DNA from: an uncultured Acidimicrobiaceae bacterium
GTDB taxonomy: Bacteria > Actinomycetota > Acidimicrobiia > Acidimicrobiales > Bog-793
DNA: 51,311 bases
Reading direction: 5' to 3'
Assembly (NCBI GenBank): GCA_903845085.1
Contig: CAIMWD010000039.1
Span: 1 to 51,311, forward strand
Position numbers and translations under genes: made by a program. Positions 35,992 to 45,010 of the stretch are shown here, piece after piece (within the stretch, counting starts at the first letter, position 1; each line of letters opens with the position of its first letter). The notes under the pieces were generated by a model. That model searched no databases. It had not been told where the DNA came from and was given only the letters and a program-made list of their open reading frames with translations.

Positions 35992-37304
35992 CCCGTGGAT
36001 CGTGCCGATGCAGTGAAGAAGTCGCGCGCCCACCAGCTCTCAAAGAGATGCGCCGGCGTATAGGCCATGGCCGGCAGCAGGTTCGTGCCATTCGTCGCCG
36101 TCGCGGGACCCTTCGGAGTTGTGGGATCGAAGTAGGAAAAGTTCACCCAAGCGGAGTTGATGTCGAGCTCCATCGCACGAACCGCACCGGCGCGAACCAG
36201 GAGGTTCGCAAGGGTCGTGATGTTGAGCCCCGGTCCGCCGACGTACACCAGCGCGCCGTTCTTCGTGATGCCAATCCCTGAACGCCAGACATATACCGCG
36301 GAGCCAACGGTGTAACCCCACTGATAGGTGTCGTTCGGGTTGAGTCCGGTAACCGCCTTACCGTTGTCGACGAGGAGTACCAGATTCTGTCGCACTGACT
36401 CGACGTTCTTCGTCAGTTTCGCGTCACGGCCCCATTTTGCGATATTGACGGTGCCGTTCTTGTAGACGACGACGGAGGCTCCACCGACGCGGAGCGGAAT
36501 GATCGTCTTTCCATCGGTGTAGTAACCACCCTGCGCATCTTTCATGCGAAAGCCCGCATTAAATCCGGCGACGAGTGTCTTCGCCGCGGCCGGGGTCACT
36601 GGAGCGGTGTAACGGTAGGGCCCACCGCCTGGAATATACGAGCCCGAGTAGAGCCGGAAATCCAACATCTTCGTGTCCATCCAAACCACACCAACAACCG
36701 TGCTGGTGTGCAGCGGGTCGGGTCGCATGAAGGTGTCATACATCGTGGGCACCCCATTTACCGTCCGCCCGATCGGGTGCCACGTACCCTCACCCGGCTG
36801 AGGATGTGAAACGAAGGGCTTCAACCCTGCCGGCGTCGGGAGGACATTTGCTCCCGCACCGATCTTCTTTAGATGAACCGCCCCTGGTATAGCGCCCTTG
36901 GCGGGCTGCCCACCGACCTTTGGCGGGTGGAATCGATACCACTCGTTCTCAATCCAGGAGACAAAACCAGCACCACCATGATCACGAGCCCACTCGGCAA
37001 GACGCGCGGATGCGGAGGGGCCATAGGACTGATTTCCCAGTGCAGAGCCAAGACTTATCCACACAGGGGTGAGGAGCACGAAGACGATGACGAACAGCGC
37101 CAAGATACGGCGGCGCAGATAGCGCCGGCGCTCGCGCTTAGTCCAACGCGCGCGCGTCGGAGTCGGTGCGGTCTCTCCCGCCGCTCCACCACGGAGATGT
37201 CGAGGACGGCGCGGAGACTCGTTGTCCTCCGTCGCCACCCCAAATGGATCAAATGGATCCGTGGGCGCAGAATCCTCGTCGAAATCCGGAGGCTCAGGGG
37301 TCAT
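35988..37304 (-). CDS. membrane-anchored phosphodiester glycosidase (NAGPA/DUF2233)-like ectoprotein
   Basis: Arg-rich cytoplasmic N-terminus, one TM ('ILALFVIVFVLLTPVWISLGSAL'), then 'AGFNAGF ... GGYYTDGK ... RSGIGITKNGALVYV ... AVRAMELDINSAWV', as in phosphodiester glycosidase family proteins. Assigned by eye. Confidence 0.62.
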   Translation of the reverse strand: MTPEPPDFDEDSAPTDPFDPFGVATEDNESPRRPRHLRGGAAGETAPTPTRARWTKRERRRYLRRRILALFVIVFVLLTPVWISLGSALGNQSYGPSASARLAEWARDHGGAGFVSWIENEWYRFHPPKVGGQPAKGAIPGAVHLKKIGAGANVLPTPAGLKPFVSHPQPGEGTWHPIGRTVNGVPTMYDTFMRPDPLHTSTVVGVVWMDTKMLDFRLYSGSYIPGGGPYRYTAPVTPAAAKTLVAGFNAGFRMKDAQGGYYTDGKTIIPLRVGGASVVVYKNGTVNIAKWGRDAKLTKNVESVRQNLVLLVDNGKAVTGLNPNDTYQWGYTVGSAVYVWRSGIGITKNGALVYVGGPGLNITTLANLLVRAGAVRAMELDINSAWVNFSYFDPTTPKGPATATNGTNLLPAMAYTPAHLFESWWARDFFTASARSTG

Positions 37305-37423
37305 CGGGGGGCGCAGCCCCGTGATGGGGTGCGAACAGGGGGGCGCAACATCGCGAAAAGACTACCGGCGCAATCTCACCACCGGAGGTCGGGGAGACAA
37401 CTTTTCCTGCAGAGTTATCGGAG

Positions 37424-37507
37424 CGGAGGGGGGGGGATTCGAACCCCCGGGGCTATTAACCCGACGGTTTTCAAGACCGTTGCATTCGTCCGCTCTGCCA
37501 CCCCTCC
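37424..37507 (-). tRNA. tRNA-Ser (anticodon UGA), long variable arm, no encoded CCA
   Basis: Reverse complement reads GGAGGGG TG GCA-GAGCGGACGAA-TGC A ACGGT-CTTGAAA-ACCGT, variable arm CGGGTTAATAGCCCC, GGGGG-TTCGAAT-CCCCC, CCCCTCC G. Confidence 0.9.
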
Positions 37508-37555
37508 GTCCTCCATTCTTTCAGCTCGGCGGAGGCTCAGCGGCCAACTCGTGGC

Positions 37556-38503
37556 CTAGCTCTCCTCGACCCGAGCGAGCAGCGCCGCCAGCCAGGCGGC
37601 GGCAGCGAGATGTTCGGTCTCGCGCTCTGCCACGTGCTCGAGCGGGTCGGGGCGTGAGAGCGGATATGAGCCCAGGAAGCGCAGCGAGGCCAGCTCGCCG
37701 TAGAGCTCCGTGATCGCTGCAGCTACCTGTGGCTCGCTGATATGACCCTGCAGTTCGATCACAAAGCAATAGTCGCCAAGGCCGAGTTTCGTTGGTCGTG
37801 ATTCGAGCCGAACCAGGTTTATCGATCGCGATGCAAAGATCCCCAAGAGTTGATGGAGACCTCCTGGATGGTCACTGCGCTGAAAACAGACGAGAGCCGT
37901 GCGATCGTTTCCACTGGGTGCAGGAACGCGCGAGGGTGCGATGAGAACAAACCGAGTCTCGTTTCCCAGTTGATCCTCAACTGCACGAGAGAGCGCGTGT
38001 AGGCCGTAGATGGAGGCGGTGATCGGTGGCGCGAGCGCAGCGATATCGTCTCGATCACTCTCTGCGACGAGACGTGCCGCCTCTGCGGTGGAGTTTGTCA
38101 CGCTCGTGATGACGTTCGGCAATTCGCGCTGGAAGAAGCGGCGCGCCTGTGCGAGCGCGTGTGGGTGCGAGATGACCTCATGCAGCTGCTCGACTCCCAC
38201 GCCCGACCGAGCAAGGAGGTCGAGATGAATGTCGATTATGACCTCTCGCTGAATAAAGAGCTCCTCACCAAAGATCAGCTCATCGACCGTCATTGAAACG
38301 GATCCCTCAATTGAGTTCTCAATCGGAACAAAGGCAAAATCAACCGCTCCCGTGGCGCAGGCTCGGATCGCGTCGGCGATCGTCGACATCGCGACGAGCC
38401 GACAGTCGGCAAGGTCCTCCTGTGAACGGAGTGCCTCCTCGCTAAATGTTCCACTCGGTCCGAGATAGGCGATAGTGGTCTCACGTGTCAGCGCAACAGC
38501 CAT
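37556..38503 (-). CDS. pheA: prephenate dehydratase (with C-terminal ACT domain)
   Basis: 'IAYLGPSGTFSEEA', 'TRFVLIA', 'ESRPTK' motifs. Confidence 0.92.
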   Translation of the reverse strand: MAVALTRETTIAYLGPSGTFSEEALRSQEDLADCRLVAMSTIADAIRACATGAVDFAFVPIENSIEGSVSMTVDELIFGEELFIQREVIIDIHLDLLARSGVGVEQLHEVISHPHALAQARRFFQRELPNVITSVTNSTAEAARLVAESDRDDIAALAPPITASIYGLHALSRAVEDQLGNETRFVLIAPSRVPAPSGNDRTALVCFQRSDHPGGLHQLLGIFASRSINLVRLESRPTKLGLGDYCFVIELQGHISEPQVAAAITELYGELASLRFLGSYPLSRPDPLEHVAERETEHLAAAAWLAALLARVEES

Positions 38504-38570
38504 CTCACGAGGTTAGTGACTCTCTCGTGCCTCACGAGGAGCGCGGCCTTACCGACGGTTGAGCAATACG

Positions 38571-39788
38571 TTAGGGAACGTAAAAAGCCACTGAGATCGC
38601 GTGGTGAGCGACGGTCACGCCCCCACTGTGCAGCGAGATCATGAGAGAGCTGCAGCGATCATGGCGCAGTGTCGACACCTGACAGGCTGTCATCGCCGCA
38701 GTGTCAACTGCGAGCGAGTGGAGTTCCACAAAGATCGAGTGGCCGGGAAGAAGTGTCGAGATTGGCGCACTGGTGATCGATCGATCTGCCAGTGTCGCAA
38801 CTATTTGCACCTGCGTTGCCGTGACATTCCCGCTATTGCGCACCACCACAATGGGATGCACCGAGCGTGTCGGTGCATACACGGAGGGACCCACGCCCGA
38901 GGGAAAGGGCGAGGTCGGTGGCAACGTCGTGGTGGTCGTCGTGGTGGTCGTCGTGGTTGTGCGAGTACGACGCTTTCCCGACGTCGTCGCGAGCGTGGTC
39001 GTTGTTGTCGAGCCAGGCCGATGATGGCGCGTTGGAGTCGTCGTCGTGGTGGCGATGGTGGTACTCGTCGTCGTCGGAATCACCTCCGGAAGTGGATTCA
39101 TGGAGACCACTGCGATAACGAGGCGAGGTGCCGAGCGAAGTGAGGGAGTTGCAACGAGCAGCTGGGCGAAGCTTGACAGCGTCGTTGTATGAAATATCTG
39201 GACCGGCGACACGAGATCCACCGAGGGAATCTGAAGGTGTCCATCTACCTTGGCAACGGTGGTGAGGAACCGGCGATACTGCGACTGGGCTCGGATCTCC
39301 TCACGCGCGGCCCGTGCGAAATCAGCGATGGACGTCGCCACAGCTCCCGTATCGATCGCGTTCTTTACGCCATCAGAGAAAGAATGAAGCGCGAGCAGAC
39401 GGGTGGTGAAGGTCTGGAGAAGATCGGTGCGTGCGGCCGCGCTGGGGGGTGTTAGCGAGGCTTTCGTGACATCGTCAAGCTCTGTGGCACCATACGCATC
39501 GAGCGCGCTAAGCGCGAGGGAGAGCGCAGGTCGTCCTATCGAGGTCGCATGTGTCTCGATATATCCGATCGACGAATTTAACGTGCCAGCCTCGCCGATT
39601 ATCGGTGCCACGGAGGCGATCCAACTGGCGTCGGTCAGGCGATCCGCGGGCCGGGCCGCATTCGCTACCTGATGGATAAGTTCGCCTCCGATAAAGAGAA
39701 CGAGCAGCACAGCAACCAAGGCCAGACGTCGACGCCGTCGTGCCTGGCGACGTGCTCGAGAGGCGACGGAGCTAACGGGACCGAGCAC
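38571..39788 (-). CDS. N-terminally anchored hypothetical protein with poly-Thr linker and C-terminal Ig/CARDB-like module
   Basis: 'RRRRRLALVAVLLVLFIGG' anchor. 'TTTSTTIATTTTTPT ... RTRTTTTTTTTTTTTLPPTSP' linker. C-terminal 'VVVRNSGNVTATQVQIVATL'. No family recognised. Confidence 0.6.
   Translation of the reverse strand: MLGPVSSVASRARRQARRRRRLALVAVLLVLFIGGELIHQVANAARPADRLTDASWIASVAPIIGEAGTLNSSIGYIETHATSIGRPALSLALSALDAYGATELDDVTKASLTPPSAAARTDLLQTFTTRLLALHSFSDGVKNAIDTGAVATSIADFARAAREEIRAQSQYRRFLTTVAKVDGHLQIPSVDLVSPVQIFHTTTLSSFAQLLVATPSLRSAPRLVIAVVSMNPLPEVIPTTTSTTIATTTTTPTRHHRPGSTTTTTLATTSGKRRTRTTTTTTTTTTTTLPPTSPFPSGVGPSVYAPTRSVHPIVVVRNSGNVTATQVQIVATLADRSITSAPISTLLPGHSIFVELHSLAVDTAAMTACQVSTLRHDRCSSLMISLHSGGVTVAHHAISVAFYVP
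38927..38962. repeat. 12-nt tandem repeat (x3) encoding the poly-Thr tract
   Basis: cgtcgtggtggt / cgtcgtggtggt / cgtcgtggttgt on the + strand (ACC/ACG Thr codons on the minus strand). Embedded in a roughly 160-nt Thr-codon low-complexity stretch, about 38927-39085. Confidence 0.8.
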
Positions 39789-39898
39789 GATATGACCCTA
39801 GTTTCTCGCATGACCGTTCACGACTCGCCTCGGTTGCACATCTGGTCGTCGGGTAATGTTGTTCCGCTTGGGGCGAGCAATGCCGTCCGCCACCGGGT

Positions 39899-39975
39899 GC
39901 CGGTGTGGCGCAGTCTGGCAGCGCAGGCGATTTGTAATCGTCAGGTCGTGGGTTCGAATCCCTCCACCGGCTCCA
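39899..39975 (+). tRNA. tRNA-Thr (anticodon UGU), CCA encoded
   Basis: GCCGGTG TG GCGC-AGTCTGGCA-GCGC A GGCGA-TTTGTAA-TCGTC AGGTC GTGGG-TTCGAAT-CCCTC CACCGGC T CCA. One U-U mismatch in the T stem. Confidence 0.88.
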
Positions 39976-40148
39976 AGAGGCTCCGCGGTGAGGACCTGGT
40001 GCATGCAGGGTCGACATCGATCGTTCCGGTGCCCTAACGGCCCACTCTCATTAGGCTCATTTTGCAGATCGAAGAAAGCTGTCGATTTTTTCTCTCTCAT
40101 TCGTCGTACTGATGCGGTTCATCGTGAATTACTACAAAGGAGAGATCA

Positions 40149-40496
40149 ATGGCCGAGTATCTGATTTTGATCTACGCCGACGAGGCGGAGACGGCAAAGG
40201 CACCACCCGAGGCGATGCAGAAGATGATGGAGGCCCACGGCGTCTTCGGTCAAGCGAACGCCGCCGCACTGCGGGGTGGAAACGCGCTGCAACCAACGGC
40301 AACTGCTACCTCGATTCGCACCTCCGAGTCCGGTGAGTTCACGATCACCGATGGCGCCTTTGCGGAGACGAAGGAGGCACTTGCCGGCTACTACCTCATA
40401 GAGGCGGCGGACCTCGACGAGGCGATCGCGATCGCTCAGCAGGTTCCGGCTCCTGCGGGAGGCGTCGAGGTACGGCCAATCTTCCCGATCCACTGA
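40149..40496 (+). CDS. YCII-related (DGPF) domain protein
   Basis: 'MAEYLILIYADE ... DGAFAETKEALAGYYLIEAADLDEAIAIAQQVP' is the canonical YciI/DGPF pattern. Shine-Dalgarno AAAGGAGAG upstream. Confidence 0.85.
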   Translation: MAEYLILIYADEAETAKAPPEAMQKMMEAHGVFGQANAAALRGGNALQPTATATSIRTSESGEFTITDGAFAETKEALAGYYLIEAADLDEAIAIAQQVPAPAGGVEVRPIFPIH

Positions 40497-40506
40497 GCTG
40501 ACGACA

Positions 40507-41747
40507 CTGTCTAATCGTCGGTCAGTCGAGGAGGAGATTGCGGATGCGTACCGTCGTGAGTGGGGAGCTGTCCTCGCCACGACGGTGCGCTACACGCGTG
40601 ATATCGATCTCGCCGAGGAGTGTGTGCAAGATGCATTCACTCGGGCACTCACCGTCTGGGTCCGTGATGGCATACCGCGGTCGCCCGGAGCTTGGCTGAC
40701 TATCACCGCGAGAAACCGGGCCAATGATCTCACTCGCCGACGCGCCACACAGACGCGGGTGCTGCCGCTCCCTGTCGGAACACAGGGGGCAGAGGAGGCA
40801 GAGCACCGAAATGGCTCTGAGAACGATGATCGACTTCGACTGATCTTCATCTGCTGCCACCTGCACTCTCACGGGAGGCTCAGGTCGCACTCACCCTTCG
40901 CCTGCTCTGTGGACTGAGCACAACCGAGGTCGCCCGCGTCTTTCTCGTGAGTGAGCCAACTATGGCGGCGCGGCTCACCCGCGCAAAGCGAAAGATCGCA
41001 GATGCGCATATACCGTTCCGCGTACCTCCTCAGGAGCAGCTGCCAGAGCGCCTCGAATCCGTCCTCACCGTGATCTATCTCCTCTTCTCGAGTGGACATA
41101 CGGCGACGGTCGGCGATGTACTCTTTCGCACCGACCTCCTCGACCGTGCGCTCGCTCTCGCTGAGCTGTTACACGAGCTCCTCCCTGAGGAACTCCACGC
41201 CACCGCATTGCTCGCCCTCGTGCTCCTGACGGACGCGCGGCGTGAGGCCCGACTGGGTGCGCGTGGCGAGCTCATATTGCTGGAGGATCAAGATCGCGAC
41301 CGCTGGGACCGCGAGATGATCGATCGCGGCCGCGCGCTCGTACGCGAGGCGCTCGAGAGCGGCTGCCACGGACGGTTCGCCCTGATGGCCGCGATCGCGG
41401 CGGTGCACGCCGAAGCTCCCACCTGGGAGCTCACCGATTGGGCAGAGATCCTCGGTCTCTATGACCTACTCGCAAGGGCCTGGCCCTCACCGATCGTCCT
41501 TCTCAATCGTGCGGTAGCGCGAGGACTCGCCGAAGGGCCTGAGATCGGCTTGGAAGCTCTCGATGCACTGTCGGAGGAACCAACGCTTGCGACATACAGC
41601 TACCTCGCGAGTGCGCGCGCCGAGATGTTGCGTCGGATGGGACGTCTCGCTGAGTCGCGCGAGGCCTTCACCGAGGCGCTCATGCTCACCGCAAATGGTG
41701 TCGAGCGAACCTTTCTAGAGGGTCGGATCGCTGCGACGATGCGCTAG
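40507..41747 (+). pseudogene. ECF42-type sigma factor with long C-terminal (TPR-like) extension, split by a 1-nt frameshift near 40860; 5' end uncertain
   Basis: Frame 1 encodes sigma region 2 ('YRREWGAVLATTVRYTRDIDLAEECVQDAF ... PGAWLTITARNRANDLTRRR ... DDRLRLIFICCH') and then runs into a stop at 40915-40917. Frame 3 from 40860 continues 'PALSREAQVALTLRLLCGLSTTEVARVFLVSEPTMAARLTRAKRKI...' through to 41747. Observed 'cacctgca' where 'caccctgca' would give an intact reading frame. Confidence 0.7.
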
Positions 41748-41758
41748 TTCGCCCGGAT

Positions 41759-43252
41759 CTAGTCGCGGGGAATCTGGTAGACGCCGGCGGGTGTGGTGGG
41801 CTCGGCTCCATTAAGGATGCTGGAGAGGTCCACCTCCTCCACCGAGACCGGCTCCAGCGTCTCGCGCGCATACCCTGCGTACGCCTCTGTCGGGACCGTC
41901 GAGTAACCACCCTCCGCGCTGCGGATAACCACGTTGAAGGACTTCCGGCGCCCGCCGCCCTTCGCCTGTGACATCTCCTTACAGATGAAATAGGTGATCG
42001 GATAGACGATGAGCGGAACCACAACACAGAGCACACGGAACATCAGCAAAACAGTATTCAGTGAGATCGACAGGTAGTTCGCGAGAACGTCAGTTGCACT
42101 CGCGCCAAAGAGCACAAAGTAGAAGGAGAGAACCGCAGCTCCCACCGCAGTGCGCACCGGTCGATGACTCGGTCGATCGAGCAGGTGATGCTCCGCAGTA
42201 TCGCCACTGAACTTCGCCTCAATCCATGGCCATGCCATCATCACGTTAAAGGTGATACCGGGCATCAAGACGGCCGGAAAGAAGACGTTCGGGATCATGT
42301 GTCCAGGGAGGTGAAGCTCCCAACTTGGCATGACGCGAAGCGCACCGTCGAGCCAACCCATGTACCAGTCCGGCTGGACGGCATAGCTCACATGGAAGGG
42401 CACATAGGGGCCATAGAGCCAGATCGGGTTGATCTGCACGAAGGCGCCGAGAAGTGTCGTCACGGCAACGGTGAGGAAGAGAAAACCCTGCGTCTTGAGG
42501 AAGAAATTTGGCCACAGTGGTGCGCCAACGACATTCTCCTCGCGCGCACCATTACCGGGAAACTGCGAGTGCTTATGTTTCATCAACATGCCAAGGTGCG
42601 CACCCAAGAGTCCAAGGATGATCAGCGGCACCACCAGCACGTGAAGGATGAAGAAACGGGGGATGATCGATCCGTCACCGGGGAAGACACCGCCAAAGAG
42701 CAACGTCGCGAGATAGCTACCGACAAAGGGGATCGACTCCAAGATCGAATACGCGATACGGATACCCGTTCCCGAAACGAGGTCATCGGGGATGGAGTAC
42801 CCGAGGAATCCATTGACGATTCCAAGGATCATGAGCGTGGTACCGATCAGCCAGTTGAGCTCGCGGGGCCGGCGGAAGGCGCCGGTGAAGAAGACACGCA
42901 GCATGTGCACGACGATCGACCCGATGAAGATGTTTGCTGACCAGTGGTGCATCTGACGCATGAGAAGACCACCGCGAACCGCAAAGGAGAGATCCACGGT
43001 GGATTTAAAGGCAGCGGAGACAACCTGCCCCTCGAGTGGTTTGTAGACGCCGTGGTAGATGACATCTTGTCCAGATGGCACAAAGTAGAGGGTGAGGAAG
43101 ACGCCCGTCGCGAGCAACACGATGAACGAATAGAGCGCAATTTCACCGATCATGAATGACCAGTGATCAGGGAAGATCTTGTTCAGGAGGTGCCGACCGC
43201 TGCGCGAGATCGCCAGACGATTGTCGAACCAGGTAAAGAGCCCATCAATCAA
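41759..43252 (-). CDS. qcrB: cytochrome bc1 complex cytochrome b subunit
   Basis: 'RQMHHWSANIFIGSIVVHMLRVFFTGAFRRPRELNW', 'FFILHVLVVP' haem-ligand regions. Position in ctaE-qcrCAB. Confidence 0.93.
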   Translation of the reverse strand: MIDGLFTWFDNRLAISRSGRHLLNKIFPDHWSFMIGEIALYSFIVLLATGVFLTLYFVPSGQDVIYHGVYKPLEGQVVSAAFKSTVDLSFAVRGGLLMRQMHHWSANIFIGSIVVHMLRVFFTGAFRRPRELNWLIGTTLMILGIVNGFLGYSIPDDLVSGTGIRIAYSILESIPFVGSYLATLLFGGVFPGDGSIIPRFFILHVLVVPLIILGLLGAHLGMLMKHKHSQFPGNGAREENVVGAPLWPNFFLKTQGFLFLTVAVTTLLGAFVQINPIWLYGPYVPFHVSYAVQPDWYMGWLDGALRVMPSWELHLPGHMIPNVFFPAVLMPGITFNVMMAWPWIEAKFSGDTAEHHLLDRPSHRPVRTAVGAAVLSFYFVLFGASATDVLANYLSISLNTVLLMFRVLCVVVPLIVYPITYFICKEMSQAKGGGRRKSFNVVIRSAEGGYSTVPTEAYAGYARETLEPVSVEEVDLSSILNGAEPTTPAGVYQIPRD

Positions 43253-44178
43253 TTTGTTCCACCTCGCTCCCAGAATCCGGGACCAACTGGCTCGTCGTAA
43301 TCTCCCTGAGCACGGAGGTATCCCTCGCCATCAACGAAGAGCGGGAGCTGCGGCAATGGGCGAGGTGCGGGGCCAAAGATCGGCGTTGCGCCCGTCGTCA
43401 CGTCAAAGAGTGACTGGTGGCAGGGACAGAGCAGCTGCTTGGTCGTCTGCTCATAGAGACCCACCGGGCATCCTGCGTGCGTGCAGACCTTGGAGAAGGC
43501 GAGAAAACCCTCGGGTCCCCAGCTCTCTCGACCGGGCTTGGTAGTCACCGCTCCGGAATCTTGCACGCGAATCAACACGGTCTGCGAGATGGCCCCGCCA
43601 AGATCGTCCTCTGGAAAGACGGTGGCGAGCGTTCCCGTCACGAGATCAGTTGCCTTGAGGCGGCGTCCATCGATCGTGGCCACGTAGGAGCCCTTGCGCC
43701 ACTTGGTGGAGTAGAAGGTCTTCTTCGGCAGCGGACCAAGCGAACGCACGAGCGGGAAGAGTGCAACGACACCGAAGACTGCACCTGAGGCGGTGATCAT
43801 TGCACCGAGAAACTTGCGTCGGCCAAAGGCCACGCGACCACGCGAGGCGAAGTCAGCGACAAGTTCGTCGTGCTCGAGCTGCGTGGTCTCCATCAACGGC
43901 CGTGGCTCAGAGAATGGGCCGCGCGGTGTCAGATACTTACCCCAGATCACCATCGCAACACCGAAGAGAAGGAACCCAAGACCAAGGGTCCCACCAAGGA
44001 TCTCGTTATTCGCGTTGCGCCAAAAGGCCGCACCAAAGCCAAGGAATGCGAGGAGTGCACCAAAGAAGGTCAGTCCCGCGACAATCTCGAGTCGACGCGG
44101 ATTCGCCGTCGCGACAGCGAACTGTGGCGCATCCGGCGAGACGGGCTCTCCAGCGACGTTGTGCAAATGATCAGACAT
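43249..44178 (-). CDS. qcrA: cytochrome bc1 complex Rieske iron-sulfur subunit
   Basis: 'CTHAGCPV ... CPCHQSLF' Rieske boxes. N-terminal TM helices. Confidence 0.92.
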   Translation of the reverse strand: MSDHLHNVAGEPVSPDAPQFAVATANPRRLEIVAGLTFFGALLAFLGFGAAFWRNANNEILGGTLGLGFLLFGVAMVIWGKYLTPRGPFSEPRPLMETTQLEHDELVADFASRGRVAFGRRKFLGAMITASGAVFGVVALFPLVRSLGPLPKKTFYSTKWRKGSYVATIDGRRLKATDLVTGTLATVFPEDDLGGAISQTVLIRVQDSGAVTTKPGRESWGPEGFLAFSKVCTHAGCPVGLYEQTTKQLLCPCHQSLFDVTTGATPIFGPAPRPLPQLPLFVDGEGYLRAQGDYDEPVGPGFWERGGTN

Positions 44179-45010
44179 GTGCTTCCTTCACTGCTTCCGT
44201 CTCGTGCTCTTCATCGTCCTCGCTGCGGTCGCCGACCCAGAGCGCAAAGAGCAAACATGCGCCAACACCAAGGAAGAGACCGACGAATCCCTCGGCGACA
44301 GGACCATTTCCACCAAGTCCAATACCGCCTGAGTTGTTCGGATGTGCGATGTCATTTGCCACGTAGGCAACGACATCCTTCACCTGCGTTGCCGTAAGCG
44401 CACCGGGGTAGAAGTGGGGCATGTTGCCTGGGGCGGTCTCAATCGCCTCAGTGATCTGCGTCGTCGTCAGACCGTGCAGAGAGGGCGCGTTCAGGTCCCC
44501 CGAAAGGGCGTCGCCAGCGCCGGTGATCGTGTGACAGCCAGCGCAGTTCTCCGAGAAGAGCTCCTGTCCCTGCGAGACGTTCGCTCCCGCGATCGAACCC
44601 GAGGGGATCGCAAAGCCGCCCGCCTTAATACTGGCCACGTAGTCTGCGATCGCCGTCGTCTGGACGCGGGTGAACTTGTCAACGCCACGACGTGGCTGAT
44701 CGGTTGGCACTGCGAGTGGCATCCAACCCGACGAGACCCATAGATCGATCGTTGCCGCTCCACGACCCTGCAACTTGGGCGCCAACATGCTGCCCTGTGC
44801 GTCGATGCCGTGACAGCTTGAACAGTTCTCGTCAAAGAGCGTCTGGCCCAGCTGGAGCTGTGGTGAGAGCGTGCTGGAGTGCTTCGTGACGTGCGCTGCC
44901 ACTGCATGGTGCGTCGTCGTCGAGGCTCCGGCGAATGCTGCAATTCCAAAGGTGCCGGCGAGAAGGGAGGCGATAAACAATGACAGTTTTTTCAAAATTA
45001 CGCCACGCAT
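44171..45010 (-). CDS. qcrC: dihaem cytochrome c subunit of bc1 complex
   Basis: Signal peptide, two CxxCH motifs ('CSSCHG', 'CAGCHT') and a C-terminal TM anchor. Confidence 0.9.
   Translation of the reverse strand: MRGVILKKLSLFIASLLAGTFGIAAFAGASTTTHHAVAAHVTKHSSTLSPQLQLGQTLFDENCSSCHGIDAQGSMLAPKLQGRGAATIDLWVSSGWMPLAVPTDQPRRGVDKFTRVQTTAIADYVASIKAGGFAIPSGSIAGANVSQGQELFSENCAGCHTITGAGDALSGDLNAPSLHGLTTTQITEAIETAPGNMPHFYPGALTATQVKDVVAYVANDIAHPNNSGGIGLGGNGPVAEGFVGLFLGVGACLLFALWVGDRSEDDEEHETEAVKEAHV

Noticed and set aside
37428-37436. Run of nine G (C9 on the minus strand), looked at as a possible phase-variation homopolymer.
   Set aside because: It is fully explained as the T-stem 3' strand plus the acceptor 3' strand of tRNA-Ser(UGA).
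40858-40862. Programmed -1 ribosomal frameshift as the explanation for the split ECF42 sigma gene.
   Set aside because: There is no X-XXY-YYZ slippery heptamer at the junction (C-CAC-CTG) and no obvious downstream pseudoknot or stem. A lost C in a C-run, or an assembly error, is the simpler explanation.
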